Of a stretch of 64,000 bases of DNA, positions 44,025-55,190 are shown piece after piece. The DNA is from an uncultured Alphaproteobacteria bacterium (GTDB taxonomy: Bacteria > Pseudomonadota > Alphaproteobacteria > Rhizobiales > Rhizobiaceae). Below the pieces are notes generated by a model that did not search any database, was not told the DNA's origin, and was given only the letters and a program-made list of their open reading frames with translations. The stretch's first letter is position 1, and the number at the start of each line of letters is the position of its first letter. The stretch covers positions 52,172 to 116,171 of the forward strand of contig CAWEYO010000017.1 in the NCBI GenBank assembly GCA_963813315.1, given 5' to 3'. The translations under genes were made by a program, and so were the position numbers.

Positions 44025-44199
44025 CAGCGTTCTCCATCCACGCCGGGTTCAAGGCCCGGCAGTTTTCAAACTATGGCACCGCACGAGCGGCGTAAGTTCC
44101 ATATAGTGCGCTTTCGTCCGGAAATTCACCCGCGAGCCGCATACGCGGCCCGAAAACGCATCGGCTTTCGCGAGCCTCGCGGCCCGCATTTCACTCAGG

Positions 44200-45383
44200 C
44201 TACGCCGCCCTCGGCTTCACTGCGCGGCGCGCCAGTATTCCCGGCAAGCGCCGTCCTGCAAACGCGCGATTTCGTCCTCTGTCGTCGCGATGCCCGATCG
44301 AAACGCGCAGCGCGCCCGCATTGTCGCCATGCCCATCGCTTTCAGCACATGGCTCGGCCCGACCTTGCCCGACGAGCAGGCCGAGCCGGCCGAAAGCGCG
44401 ACGCCGGCCAGATCGAAAGCGATCTGCGCCGTCTCGGCCTTCATGCCGGGAATGGCAAAGAATGTCGTGTTGGCAAGCCGCTCGGCACGCCGGCCCGAAA
44501 ATCTCCGCATCGGGCGCGAGTCGGCGACGATCGCTGCCTCGATCCGGTCGCGCATCTCGCGAACTGCGCCGCATCTCGTCGAGGTGCCGCCAGCGCCTCG
44601 ATGGCCGCGGCGCCAAAACCGGCGATTGCCGCCAGGTTCTCCGTTCCGGCGCGATGGCCCTTTTCCTGGCCGCCGCCGCGTGACCAGCGGCGTCGGCATC
44701 ATCAGGTCGGACTGCGCCGACGATCGCGCCGGCGCCCTTCGGCCCGCCGATCTTGTGCGACGAGAGGATAAGATAGTCGGCGTAACCGTCTGTAATATCG
44801 AGCAGGAATGCGCCCAGCCGCCTGCACGGCGTCGAGGACAAGAACGCCGCCGGCAGCCTTCACGAGCGCGCCGATCTCGCGCGACGGGCTGGATGACGCC
44901 GGTCTCGTTGTTGGCGGCGTGGATCGCGACCAGCGGCAGGCCCTTCGACGCGGTCGTGCCGCGCCAGCGCGTGCCCGCAGCGCGCCGAGGTCGAGCACGC
45001 CGTTGCGCGTCGACCGCCGACGCGTCTCGACTTCGCTCGCGCGGAAAGCGTCCACCGTACAGCAGGCAGGGATGATCGGAGGCCGAGACATAGAGCCGCG
45101 CCATGCGGACCGCGCCGCGCCCCATCCGCCAGTCGGGCGTAAGCAGCGTCGAAGCGGCTTCGGTCGCGCCGGAGGTGAAAACGACATGCTCGGGCTTGGC
45201 GCTCGACAAGTGCCGCGACCGCGGCGCCGCGCCTCCTCGATCAGGCGGCGCGCGGCGCGGCCTTCGCCGTGCACCGACGACGGATTTGCGTCTGCCTCGA
45301 GCGCGGCAAGCATCGCCGCCCGCGCCGCTGGCAAGCAGCGGCGCGCTTGCATTGTAATCGAGATAGGCGCGGTGCCCGGCCAT
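44200..45383 (-). pseudogene. NifS/IscS-type cysteine desulfurase (first gene of the suf operon), many frame breaks
   Basis: Blocks YLDYNASAPLL, NPSSVHGEGRAARRLIEEAR, HVVFTSGATEA, VAIHAANNETGVIQPV, ILSSHKIGGPKGAGA and LSAGSACSSGKVGPSHVLKAMG alternate among three frames. The exact stop is uncertain (44200 or 44217). Confidence 0.75.
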
Positions 45384-45502
45384 TTCTTCGCGATTTTCCC
45401 TGTCATTTCGCATTCGCGGGCCGTCCGGCGTTATTTCCTTGAAATTGCAAGGTCAGCCGTCCTATTTACCCGCTTTACCGAGAGGGTGGCATCGCCACCC
45501 AG

Positions 45503-45519
45503 TTTTGAACAATTCTAAA
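45503..45519. promoter_or_regulatory. Irr iron-control-element (ICE)-like box upstream of the suf operon
   Basis: TTTTGAA-CAA-TTCTAAA compared with the ICE consensus TTTAGAA-N3-TTCTAAA as I recall it (one mismatch). It lies 120 nt upstream of the first suf gene. Confidence 0.5.
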
Positions 45520-45613
45520 CTAGCTTCTATGGAGACGCTCGCGCCTCGTCAAGGCCGGAGACGAGATTTCTCCGTCGGCGCCGTGGAGCCGACGGAGCGA
45601 TGTGGAGTCATTC

Positions 45614-46289
45614 ATGCCTGAAGTCATTTTCACCGGTCCGGCGGGTCGTCTGGAAGGCCGCTATCAGCCTTCCAAGGAAAAGAGCGCGCCGATCGCCATC
45701 GTGCTTCATCCGCATCCGCAATTCGGCGGCACGATGAACAACAAGATCGTCTACGACCTGTTCTACATGTTCCAGAAGCGCAACTTCACGACGCTGCGCT
45801 TCAATTTCCGCAGCATCGGCCGCAGCCAGGGCGAGTTCGATCACGGCACGGGCGAGCTGTCCGACGCCGCCGCCGCGCTCGACTGGATCCAGTCGCTGCA
45901 CCCCGATTCCAAGAGCCTGCTGGGTCGCCGGCTATTCCTTCGGCGCCTGGATCGGCATGCAGCTTCTGATGCGCCGCCCGGAGATCGAGGGCTTCATCTC
46001 GATCGCGCCGCAGCCCAACACCTACGATTTTTCCTTCCTCGCGCCCTGCCCGTCGTCCGGCCTGATCATCCATGGCGATGCCGACAAGGTGGCGCCGCCC
46101 AAGGATGTGCAGGGTCTGGTCGACAAGCTGCACACGCAAAAGGGCATCACGATCACGCAGAAGACGATGCCCGGCGCCAACCATTTCTTCTCCAACGATT
46201 TCGACCTTCTGATCGACGAATGCGCCGACTATCTCGACCGCCGCCTGGCCGGCGAACTGTCGGATCCGCGGCCGAAGCGGCTGCGGTAA
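45614..46289 (+). pseudogene. alpha/beta hydrolase (COG2945-like), one frame break near 45916
   Basis: MPEVIFTGPAGRLEGRY...HPHPQFGGTM..., then CWVAGYSFGAWIGMQLLMRRPEIEGF.. continues in the next frame (ORF 45957-46289). Confidence 0.75.
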
Positions 46290-47409
46290 GGCTTGGCCAA
46301 AATCCCGCCTGTCACCGCGGCGCTGCATCCGGTCGTCGTCGGGAAGGTAAGCGGCAGGCCCTTTAGCGACCGTACGGCCAGATAGGCCCAGGCCTCCGCC
46401 TCCATCGAATCTCCGTCGAGACCGGCGTCTTCGGCGAGAATGACCTCAGCTCCCGCCTTAGCCGCCCCGTCGCGCAGATCGCCCACGATATGCGGGTTCT
46501 TCCGCCCGCCTCCGCATACGATCCACAGCTTCGGCGGCTCCGGCAAATGTTCATGGGCCTTCAGGATGGCTTGTGCTGAAACCGCTGCCAGCGTACGCGC
46601 GCCGTCGGCCAGCTCCATCTTCCCCGCAGTCTCCAGCGTGAAATCGTTCCGGTCGAGCGATTTCGGGCCTGGCCTTGCAAAGAACGGCGTCTCCAGATAG
46701 CGCTCGACGACCGCACGAACGATCCCACCCTCGCTGGCGATCGCGCCGCCGGCATCGAATGGAACGCCGCCCTCACGGGACACCCACTGGTCGATCAGCG
46801 CATTGCCGGGACCGGTGTCGAACGCGACCGGATCGCCTGCACACGGCACGTAGGTGATGTTGGAAATGCCGCCGATATTGACAAAAACGGTGGGAAGCCT
46901 GCCTGCAAGACTTTGCGGCAACGAGCGCGCCAGCGCTGCATGATAGGCCGGCACAAGCGGTGCGCCCTGCCCGCCATGCGCCATGTCGTTGGCGCGCATG
47001 TCGTATGCAACGGCAAGGCCCGTTTCCCGGGCCAGAAGCTTACCGTCGCCAAGTTGCACGGTCAGCCCGGACTGCGGCCGATGCAGAACCGTCTGGCCAT
47101 GGAAGCCAATGAGTACCGGCGTTCCCCATTGACCGGCCATGGAGCCTAGAAACTCCAACACCGCCGCAGCGTGGCGTCTGGTGATTTCGCGCTCCAGACC
47201 GGCAAGATCGCCGGGCCGTTCACCTGTGTGTGCGATCCTTTTGCAACTTCGAGCGACGCCTCGATGCGACGCCGGAACGTAGGTTCGTAAGGCACGAACA
47301 TGGATGGACCGCGCTCGATGGAATTGTCGCCGTCCGTCCTGAGCATGGCGATATCGATGCCGTCCATCGACGTGCCGCTCATCAGGCCGATCGCGCAAAT
47401 CGCCGTCAT
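46229..47409 (-). pseudogene. anmK: anhydro-N-acetylmuramic acid kinase, frame break near 47230
   Basis: N-terminus [22 protein letters not shown] (ORF 47146-47472). The remainder, [13 protein letters not shown]...[11 protein letters not shown], lies in ORF 46229-47566. The 3' end overlaps the convergent hydrolase by 61 bp, so the true stop may also be masked. Confidence 0.8.
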
Positions 47410-47513
47410 TCGTCCCGCCGTCCTTGTGATTCCTTGCGCTGGATGGTAAAGGCCCGCCTTCACTCTTGCCATGGCGCCGGGCAGTCAAATGGCGTCGACC
47501 CGGGAATGAGCAC

Positions 47514-48768
47514 ATGTCCGCCTTCAAATCCGAATTCCTGCACATTTTGTCAGAGCGCGGCTTCATCCACCAGATCTCCGACGATGCCGGCCTGGACGAT
47601 CTCTTCGCCAGGGAAACCGTATCGGCCTATATCGGCTTCGACGCGACGGCAAAGAGCCTGCATGCGGGCTCGCTGATCCAGATCATGATGCTTCACTGGA
47701 TGCAGAAGACCGGCCACCGTCCGGTCGCGCTGATGGGCGGCGGCACATCGATGATCGGCGACCCGTCGTTCAAGGACGAGGCGCGCAAGCTGCTGACGCC
47801 GCGGGACATCGAAGCCAATCTCGACGGCATCCGCAGGAATTTTGCGCCCTATCTGACATTCGGCAGCGGCACGGCCGACGCCTTGATGGTCAACAACGCC
47901 GACTGGCTGCTGGAGATCAACTATGTCAAGTTCCTGCGCGATGTCGGCCGGCACTTCTCGGTCAACCGCATGCTGTCCTTCGATTCGGTGAAGCTCAGGC
48001 TCGATCGCGAGCAGTCGCTGTCCTTCCTCGAGTTCAACTACATGATCCTGCAGGCCTACGATTTCGTCGAGCTGAACCGGCGCTATGGCTGCGGCTGCAG
48101 ATGGGCGGCTCCGACCAATGGGGCAACATCGTCAACGGCATCGATCTCGGCCACCGCCTCGGCACCCCGCAGCTCTACGCGTTGACCTCGCCGCTGCTGA
48201 CGACTTCCTCCGGCGCCAAGATGGGCAAGACGGCATCAGGCGCGGTCTGGCTCGATCCGGAAATGACAAGCCCATATGACTTCTGGCAGTACTGGCGCAA
48301 TACCGAGGACGCCGACGTCGGACGCTTCCTCAAGCTCTACACCGCGCTTGCCGATGGACGAGATTGCGCGGCTTTCGGCGCTTGGCGGGAGCGGAAATCA
48401 ACGATGCCAAGAAAGTTCTGGCGACGGAAGTGACAGCAATGCTGCATGGCCGCGCGGCGGCCGCGCAGGCGGCAGAAACGGCGCGCAAGACGTTCGAGGA
48501 AGGCGCGCTTGCCGACACATTGCCTGCCGTCGAGATTTCACGCGCGTCGCTGGCATCCGGTGTCGGCATTCTGTCGCTGTTCGTGGCGGCCGGGCTCGCG
48601 GGGTCTAACGGCGAGGCGAGGCGCCATGTCCAGGGCGGCGCGGTTCGCGTCAACGACGAACCGGTTTCCGATGATCGTCGCCAGGTTTCCCTCGAAGACC
48701 TCACGCCGCAGGGCGTGATAAAGCTCTCGCTCGGGAAGAAGAAGCACATCCTTGTCCGGCCGCTCTGA
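47514..48768 (+). pseudogene. tyrS: tyrosine--tRNA ligase, two frame breaks (about 48092 and 48360)
   Basis: [20 protein letters not shown]...[16 protein letters not shown] (HIGH-type), then [12 protein letters not shown] in a second frame, then the KMGKT region. The C-terminal S4-like domain is in a third frame. Confidence 0.85.
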
Positions 48769-48777
48769 GAGACTGGC

Positions 48778-51700
48778 TCACCGGAATTCAAAGATCGACC
48801 GGAAAATGCCGGGCGCAATCACCGATAGCGGATTGATCTGCAGGTCCGGCGACTTGGCTTCGCCGGACAGCTTGTAGGTCACTCCGATCAGTCCGCGGTC
48901 GCGCCCGTTTCCGAGGATCATGCCGACAAAGGGCAATTCGCCGAACAGGCGATTGACGCCGTAGGCCGGCATGAATGTTCCTGTCATGGCCATGTTGCCG
49001 CGACCATCATAGAGCGTACCCTGGAACGTGGTGCCGATCAGGGGGCCGCGCAGAACGCCGTTCGCGAGAGTGAGATAGCCGTCTCCCTTCTCGATCTCGG
49101 CATAGCCCCGTTCAAACTGGACACTGGAGGTGTCGATGTTGCCCCTGACTGCCTGGTTAAGACTGCGCCCGTCGCCGGTGGGCGCGGTTGCAACGATGGA
49201 CCTGAGCCGCGGTTCGTCGACGATCTGGAAATCCGTCGCATCGACCTGACCTTGCATTGCTCCGTCAGCACTGCCGGCCAAAGCGAGCTTGATCGACCCG
49301 CCCTGCATGTGCTCGTAAATATCCAGAAACCGCAGGATCGCGCCGGCATCCCGAGATTGCATGTCCATCGTGCGTCGATTGCCGGCCATGCTGTTCTTTA
49401 CGGTGAACTCTGCGCCGGATTTCGTCACCGCGGACACGTTCAGGGCGAGCACCTTGCTGCCGATACCGCTGTAACCAAGTTTGACATTGGACAGCCGTTC
49501 GCCATGAAAGCCAGTCAGCGTGGCCACCGTCGCCTTCAGCGAGACGGACATTGTGCCGGTCGGTCCCGCCGCCTTGTCAGCGTCCGCCGTGAATTGCTTG
49601 ATCACGGCGCGCGAATCCAGGGCAGCGCCGCTTATTTCAACGTCATAGCCCTTGCCGGAGCGCTCTATCGCAAGCGAAACATCGTCGCCGCGGTTGAGCC
49701 TCAATGTATCGAAACGCGCGCTGGACAGCTCGCCCTTCTTCAAGGTCATCTCGCCTTCCACTGCAAAGCTTTTGCCGGAGAGTTTGAATGCCGAGAGTTT
49801 GGCGGCACCTTCCGACGTCTCGAGTGAGAATTTCACGTCGGCGGAAACGCCTGCTCCCTTGCTCCAACCGGCCCAGGGGATGTTCAGCTTTGCGTTGGTC
49901 AGGTCGGCGGCGATTTCCTGCTTCCCGCCCCCGCTGGAGTTGAACTCAACCTTCACCGGGCCGGACAGCACCGATGCCAGACCAGGCACCAGCGCATCAC
50001 GCGCTTTGTCGTCCAGAACGAGCTCTACATTGCGTTGCCGTTGCGGCCCGCGACCGTTGAGGGGTTCTACCATCGCGATTTCCGCGGGGGCGCCGTTCAG
50101 CCGGGCCTTGGCTTCGATCACAGCTTTCAAAGGGTCTACGGTGATTGTGCCCTGCGCCCCAGTGACCTTTTGTCCTTCGAATAGCTTGGCGATCGAGAGA
50201 TTCCGGTAGTCGAGGGATACCAGCCAGTCGAGCTTGCCAAAGTCGATACCGCTGTGCAGCGGGATGTCGGCTCTCACATGACCTTCAACCGTGCCGGCCA
50301 ATTCCTCCGGCGCGAACCCGACATGCCGCATTGCGTTGATGGGATCGCAAGAGGCCAGCTCCGCCACGGCATCGGCCTCGCCCATGATGTCCATGTCGAG
50401 CTTCCCGATGATCGGCTGCCGGTTGACGCCGCGAAGGACAAGCGTTCCGTTTTTCGCCTCGACCTTGCGGCCGCTCGGCATGAACACGCTGCCTGACGAC
50501 ACCGCGATGTCTACGTCGCTGCCGCGGAAGTCGACGGAGCCGAACGCCTCCCGCACCGGAGGAATGCGGCCGGCGACGTCGAACCTGGTACTCTCGATAT
50601 TGAACTTGCCGGAGACTTCGTCATGGCCGAGCGGTACGCCGTTGCCGATACGGCCGACGGCCACGCTGTACCGCAGGCTGCTGTCGACCACCCGGCCCCC
50701 ATAGAGGTTTTTCTGCACCCACCGCCGGGCACCGCCCACGGCAAACCACGGCCACAATTGCTTGACGTGGCTGACAGCCATTCCGGGGACGTTCAAAGCG
50801 ACAGAGATGCCGGGAGCCTTTCCCTTGGCGAATTCCAGGGAAGCCGTGCCCGTCAGTTCTCCCGATCCGGTACGAATGCGGAGCTGACTGGCCGTGAGAA
50901 GGTTGTTGAGAGGATCGTAGGTTCCTGAAATCCCTGCAACGAACTGCAGTGCCGGTTCGAAAGAACTCTCCGGCGCAAGTGTCGATCCATCGGTCGCAAG
51001 TTCATATCGGTAAGCGCTGCCCGCGTGCTGCTCCGGCGGCGCCGGGCCGACAGCGCCATGAAAATTGAACCGTGATCGCCCTATCGCGATATTGAGGCTT
51101 TCGATCTCCACCTTGTGCGTGCCGGCGGCCAGGACGCCGGCAATCTCCAGATCTCCAGCGAGCTGTCCTCGCAAACCCAGGTCGAGCACCGAATGTGCCA
51201 GTCTGACCTTTGCCGACAGCCGGGAGGCCTCGGCACCGATCCCTTCCGCGCCGGTGACCGAAATCTCTGCCGCGCCGATGCGGCTTCCGCCCGGCCGGCT
51301 CGCCTGTGCCGCCGCGTCCGCGGCCGGCGCGATCAACCCGAGGTCGACCTTCGATATCCGGCGCGAGGTCGCATCTCGCGCAGCCGTCCCGTCAAACGAA
51401 AACGCGCGCCCGTCGACCCTGCCGTGCGCGGCGATGGCAAGCTCGCCATCCCGCTCCAGGTTTAGCTGGGCGCCGGCAATCAGCACGGACCGCAATTTGG
51501 CGCCTTCCGGCAGCACGAATTCGACGTTTTCGAGTTCCACGTATCGGGTGGAGCCAAACTCCATCATGTCGAATGCACGATGCAGGCCGCCCAGCAACGT
51601 CTTTACGACACGATCCGGATCGATAAGCCCTTCGGCATTAACGAGCGAGGCCTTCCAGTCGGAGCCCTCCATCGAGGGCACAGCTGCGGGGACGAAGCGG

Positions 51701-52059
51701 GCGTCGCTGATCGTAGCACTGCCCAGCCGGACGCTGCCCGACATCAGGGGCCAGAAGCGCAGGCCGAAACGCACGTGCCCCGCATGCAGCATATCCACCC
51801 CGCCAGCATCGGCGGAGGCGAACTTCACGTCGCGGACCTCGAGCGCGATGAAATGCGAACCGTCGAGTGCCAGGCTAGCCTGCCCGACAGTGGTGGTGAC
51901 TTCAGCCCCTGCGATCCGCTGAATAGCGGCTTCCGCTTCCTTGCGCAGCCGGTCGCTGCCGAGCCCTGACGCGCCAATGACGAAAACGGCAACAATGGCG
52001 ATCAACAGCAGCGAACAGGCGGCAACTGCAGCAAACCCCAATCCGCGCAGGGCCCTCAT
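48778..52059 (-). CDS. AsmA-like/YhdP-like giant envelope protein
   Basis: 1093 aa, intact. N-terminal TM anchor MRALRGLGFAAVAACSLLLIAIVAVFVIG, then a long beta-rich body. Confidence 0.75.
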   Translation of the reverse strand: MRALRGLGFAAVAACSLLLIAIVAVFVIGASGLGSDRLRKEAEAAIQRIAGAEVTTTVGQASLALDGSHFIALEVRDVKFASADAGGVDMLHAGHVRFGLRFWPLMSGSVRLGSATISDARFVPAAVPSMEGSDWKASLVNAEGLIDPDRVVKTLLGGLHRAFDMMEFGSTRYVELENVEFVLPEGAKLRSVLIAGAQLNLERDGELAIAAHGRVDGRAFSFDGTAARDATSRRISKVDLGLIAPAADAAAQASRPGGSRIGAAEISVTGAEGIGAEASRLSAKVRLAHSVLDLGLRGQLAGDLEIAGVLAAGTHKVEIESLNIAIGRSRFNFHGAVGPAPPEQHAGSAYRYELATDGSTLAPESSFEPALQFVAGISGTYDPLNNLLTASQLRIRTGSGELTGTASLEFAKGKAPGISVALNVPGMAVSHVKQLWPWFAVGGARRWVQKNLYGGRVVDSSLRYSVAVGRIGNGVPLGHDEVSGKFNIESTRFDVAGRIPPVREAFGSVDFRGSDVDIAVSSGSVFMPSGRKVEAKNGTLVLRGVNRQPIIGKLDMDIMGEADAVAELASCDPINAMRHVGFAPEELAGTVEGHVRADIPLHSGIDFGKLDWLVSLDYRNLSIAKLFEGQKVTGAQGTITVDPLKAVIEAKARLNGAPAEIAMVEPLNGRGPQRQRNVELVLDDKARDALVPGLASVLSGPVKVEFNSSGGGKQEIAADLTNAKLNIPWAGWSKGAGVSADVKFSLETSEGAAKLSAFKLSGKSFAVEGEMTLKKGELSSARFDTLRLNRGDDVSLAIERSGKGYDVEISGAALDSRAVIKQFTADADKAAGPTGTMSVSLKATVATLTGFHGERLSNVKLGYSGIGSKVLALNVSAVTKSGAEFTVKNSMAGNRRTMDMQSRDAGAILRFLDIYEHMQGGSIKLALAGSADGAMQGQVDATDFQIVDEPRLRSIVATAPTGDGRSLNQAVRGNIDTSSVQFERGYAEIEKGDGYLTLANGVLRGPLIGTTFQGTLYDGRGNMAMTGTFMPAYGVNRLFGELPFVGMILGNGRDRGLIGVTYKLSGEAKSPDLQINPLSVIAPGIFRSIFEFR

Positions 52060-52267
52060 GGGCCGTCTCGCACGAAGGTGCCGCTGGCCTTCAGCCGATG
52101 GAAACGTCGTCAGGCAGGTGACGTCATCCCGCCCGAATCGAATCTTCTCGTGTTTCTGAACCTCTTGGTTCACACGGTTTCCTGCCATCTACACTCTGTC
52201 ATGGACGAATCCTGGAAACACCTTATATCCCGGCCAACACCCGCGTAACCTCAAACAGGCCAACGAG

Positions 52268-52735
52268 ATGACCGAACTTCGTACAGGGCAGCACGCCCCC
52301 CAATTCGAGCTTCCGATCAGCGACGGTGGTCATGTGACGCTGGGCAAACTCCTGGGCAAGCCGGTCGTTCTGTACTTCTATCCCCAGGACGACACGACCT
52401 CCTGCACCGCTGAAGCGATAGACTTTTCCCGGTTGAAGCCGGAATTCGGCGCGGCTGGCGCGACCGTTATCGGCATTTCACCCGACAGCGCCAAGAAGCA
52501 TGGCAAATTCAAGGCCAAGCACAATCTTTCGGTCGAATTGGCCGCCGATGAGGAACGCGGGACAATCGAAGCTTATGGTTTGTGGATCGAAAAGACCATG
52601 TTCGGGCGCAAATACATGGGTGTGGAGCGTGCGACCTTTCTCATTGGCGCAGACGGCCGGATCGCTCGCATATGGCGCAAGGTCAAGGTGCCGGGTCACG
52701 CAGCCGAAGTGCTGGCAGCCGTCAAGGCGCTCTGA
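52268..52735 (+). CDS. bcp: thioredoxin-dependent peroxiredoxin Bcp
   Basis: 155 aa. VVLYFYPQDDTTSCTAEA active-site motif. Confidence 0.9.
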   Translation: MTELRTGQHAPQFELPISDGGHVTLGKLLGKPVVLYFYPQDDTTSCTAEAIDFSRLKPEFGAAGATVIGISPDSAKKHGKFKAKHNLSVELAADEERGTIEAYGLWIEKTMFGRKYMGVERATFLIGADGRIARIWRKVKVPGHAAEVLAAVKAL

Positions 52736-52821
52736 GAGCCTGAACTCAAGAATTCGTCAGGGCGCAGCGGGGAACTCTTTCGCAGAAACGGCGTTTCCAC
52801 TTCACAAACGCGAAAGAGGAG

Positions 52822-52905
52822 ATGCAAATGCTTCGCGGAGCTCTACTTTGGCTGCTCGGGGTTCCTATCCCCATTATCATCCTTCTTTGGTTATTTTTGC
52901 ATTAG
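52822..52905 (+). CDS. candidate 27-aa hydrophobic peptide
   Basis: MQMLRGALLWLLGVPIPIIILLWLFLH. AAAGAGGAG immediately upstream (better spaced for the second ATG at 52828). Not in the ORF track. Confidence 0.35.
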   Translation: MQMLRGALLWLLGVPIPIIILLWLFLH

Positions 52906-53077
52906 GTCTGTTGGGCGTTGGGGGTCGAGTGCCCCCACCCTGCTCACTTCGCTCGTTCCTCCCAACAAGCCTCGTTTCGCGGGCGCACAGTCAGTTGCGG
53001 CGATTCCAGGCGAAAGCAATTCCACTCTTTCGGGTCATGCGATAGAGCATGCACTCCTCTGATGTGGAGAATTCGGA

Positions 53078-53818
53078 ATGGCCGATATCGTCACTGCCGC
53101 CATGATCGTCATCGGCGACGAAATCCTTTCCGGCCGCACCAAGGACAGGAATATCGGCCACCTCGCCGACTTGATGACTGCGGTCGGCATCGACCTGAAG
53201 GAAGTGCGCATCGTTCCGGACGAGGAGGATGAAATCGTTGCGGCAGTCAATTCGGTGAGGGCACGCTATACTTATGTCTTCACCACGGGCGGCATTGGCC
53301 CCACGCATGACGACATTACGGCCAACTCCGTCGCGAAGGCATTCGGCGTGCCCTGCGAATATGACGCGAAGGCATACCGGATGCTGGAGGCGCACTATGC
53401 GAGCCGCGGCATGGAGTTCACCGATGCGCGCAAGCGCATGGCGCGCATGCCGCGCGGCGCGGAACACATCGACAATCCGGTATCGATCGCGCCCGGCTTC
53501 CGAGTGGGCAATGTCCATGTGATGGCCGGCGTGCCGGCGATCTTCCAGGCCATGCTCGACAATGTGGTGCCGACGCTGAAGACCGGCACGAAGCTCCTCT
53601 CCGCGACTGTCCGTTGCCCGTTTGGCGAGGGCACGATCGGCGGGCCGCTTGGCGATATCCAGAAAGCGCATCCCAACGCGATCATCGGCTCCTACCCGAA
53701 GTTTCTCGACGGAAAGTTCTGGACCGAACTCGTTGTAAGGGCGCGCTCGCAACAGGTTCTCGACGCCGCGCGCGCGGAAGTGGAGGCGATGGTCGCCCGT
53801 CTTGCCGCGCATGTCTGA
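53078..53818 (+). CDS. CinA-like molybdopterin-binding (MoCF_BD) domain protein
   Basis: AAMIVIGDEILSGRTKDRN...VFTTGGIGPTHDDIT. Confidence 0.8.
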   Translation: MADIVTAAMIVIGDEILSGRTKDRNIGHLADLMTAVGIDLKEVRIVPDEEDEIVAAVNSVRARYTYVFTTGGIGPTHDDITANSVAKAFGVPCEYDAKAYRMLEAHYASRGMEFTDARKRMARMPRGAEHIDNPVSIAPGFRVGNVHVMAGVPAIFQAMLDNVVPTLKTGTKLLSATVRCPFGEGTIGGPLGDIQKAHPNAIIGSYPKFLDGKFWTELVVRARSQQVLDAARAEVEAMVARLAAHV

Positions 53819-53895
53819 ACCGGCCCCGGCTATTCGGCGCGCATTTTTTACTTGTGATATAGTTTCCCTCGAAGGCGTGAAGGCCGCGCCGGCTG

Positions 53896-54747
53896 ATGGA
53901 GGCATCTATGACTTTCAAGACGATCGTTGCCATTGTCCAGAGCGAGAAGGACGAAGATCGCCTGCTAGACTGCGTGCTGCCGATTGCGGCCCACTTCAAG
54001 AGCCACGTAATCGGCGTCCATGCCGAGGCTATGCCGGTCTCCTACACGACGCCGATGGGCTTTCCCGACGCCGAATTCATCCACGTCAGCAGTGAGAGGA
54101 ACGAGAAGAGAGCCGCGGACCTTGGCCATCGCTATTCGTCCCGGTGCCTCGCCGAGGGCGTCTCGGCCGAGTGGCGCAGCCTGGAGAGCTTTTCAGGCGA
54201 CAGCGCGCTTTCCTCGCTTACGAGCGCGCGCTGTGCCGACCTGATTGTCGCCGTGCAATCGAATCCCAACGGCGACTCCATCTCCAGCGCCAATCTGGAA
54301 GGATTGTTGTTCGAAGCCGGGCGGCCGGTTCTTTTCATTCCCCATGCCGCACCGGCGACCGGCATGTTCAGCAAGGTACTGATTGCCTGGAATGGCTCGC
54401 GCGAGGCCGCCCGCGCAGTGTTCGACGCCCTGCCCTTCATCATGGATGCCGATACGACCGAGGTTCTCGTCGTCGATCCGGAAGAGAAAGTCGAAAATGA
54501 CGGCGAGGAGGCCGGCAGCGGGATCGCGGCGAGCCTCGGCCGGCACGGCGTGCACGTAAGCGTGGTAAACGAGATGTCGGCCGGTCTCTCGGTCGGCACC
54601 GTCATCGAGAACCACGCGGCGGAAACCAAGCCCGATCTCATCGTCATGGGAGCCTACAGCCATTCCTGGCTGCGCGAGTTCCTGTTCGGCGGCGTCACCC
54701 GCACGCTCCTTCAATCGATGCCGGTCGCGACCTTCATGTCGCGCTGA
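53896..54747 (+). CDS. universal stress protein (tandem Usp domains)
   Basis: 283 aa. Second domain ends ..DLIVMGAYSHSWLREFLFGGVTR. Confidence 0.8.
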   Translation: MEASMTFKTIVAIVQSEKDEDRLLDCVLPIAAHFKSHVIGVHAEAMPVSYTTPMGFPDAEFIHVSSERNEKRAADLGHRYSSRCLAEGVSAEWRSLESFSGDSALSSLTSARCADLIVAVQSNPNGDSISSANLEGLLFEAGRPVLFIPHAAPATGMFSKVLIAWNGSREAARAVFDALPFIMDADTTEVLVVDPEEKVENDGEEAGSGIAASLGRHGVHVSVVNEMSAGLSVGTVIENHAAETKPDLIVMGAYSHSWLREFLFGGVTRTLLQSMPVATFMSR

Positions 54748-54814
54748 TTGTTCGCTTCGCCGCCTCCAACACGCCTGCAACGACCGCGATTGGCGAAACC
54801 CATATGACCGCCTG

Positions 54815-54860
54815 ATCTCCCCCCGTGAGGGGGAGATGTCCGGCAGGACAGAGGGGGGTT
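54815..54860 (+). repeat. short GC hairpin repeat (ATCTCCCCC-CGTGA-GGGGGAGAT plus GTCCGGCAGGACAGAGGGGGG)
   Basis: Perfect 9-bp stem. I recognise the motif (it translates as ..PLVGEMSGRTEGG) as a widespread rhizobial intergenic repeat. Only one copy occurs in this window. Confidence 0.5.
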
Positions 54861-55190
54861 GCCAGAGCCGCGACCCTCCCCGCTTTTCACCGCTTCACCT
54901 TCCACGCCTTCACCGGAAAATGCGCCCCATTGCCCAAATAGGCAACAAATGTGCACGGAGCGCCATTACAGTCCGCTTCGCTAATATGGTAGGAAATCGA
55001 AAGTGCGAAGAGCGCCATCAGATAAAACAAGGTGCCGGGGCTGAGCTTGCAGCATTCCATTGCCAGCCGGTTGCAAACGAGGTTTGCGGCGGGGGTTGTT
55101 CGTGCGCCGATTGGTGTCGGCCCAGCGAAGTGGCAGACATTTTAAACAAGTTTACGCACAAGCAAGTCAGGGCATGATTCCGAACCGAAG

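Noticed and set aside
45437-45452. Palindrome CCTTGAAATTGCAAGG in the suf promoter region as a RirA (IRO, TGA-N9-TCA) box
   Set aside because: The spacing between TGA and TCA is 10 nt, not 9, and only the outer 5 bp are truly palindromic. This is too weak to call.
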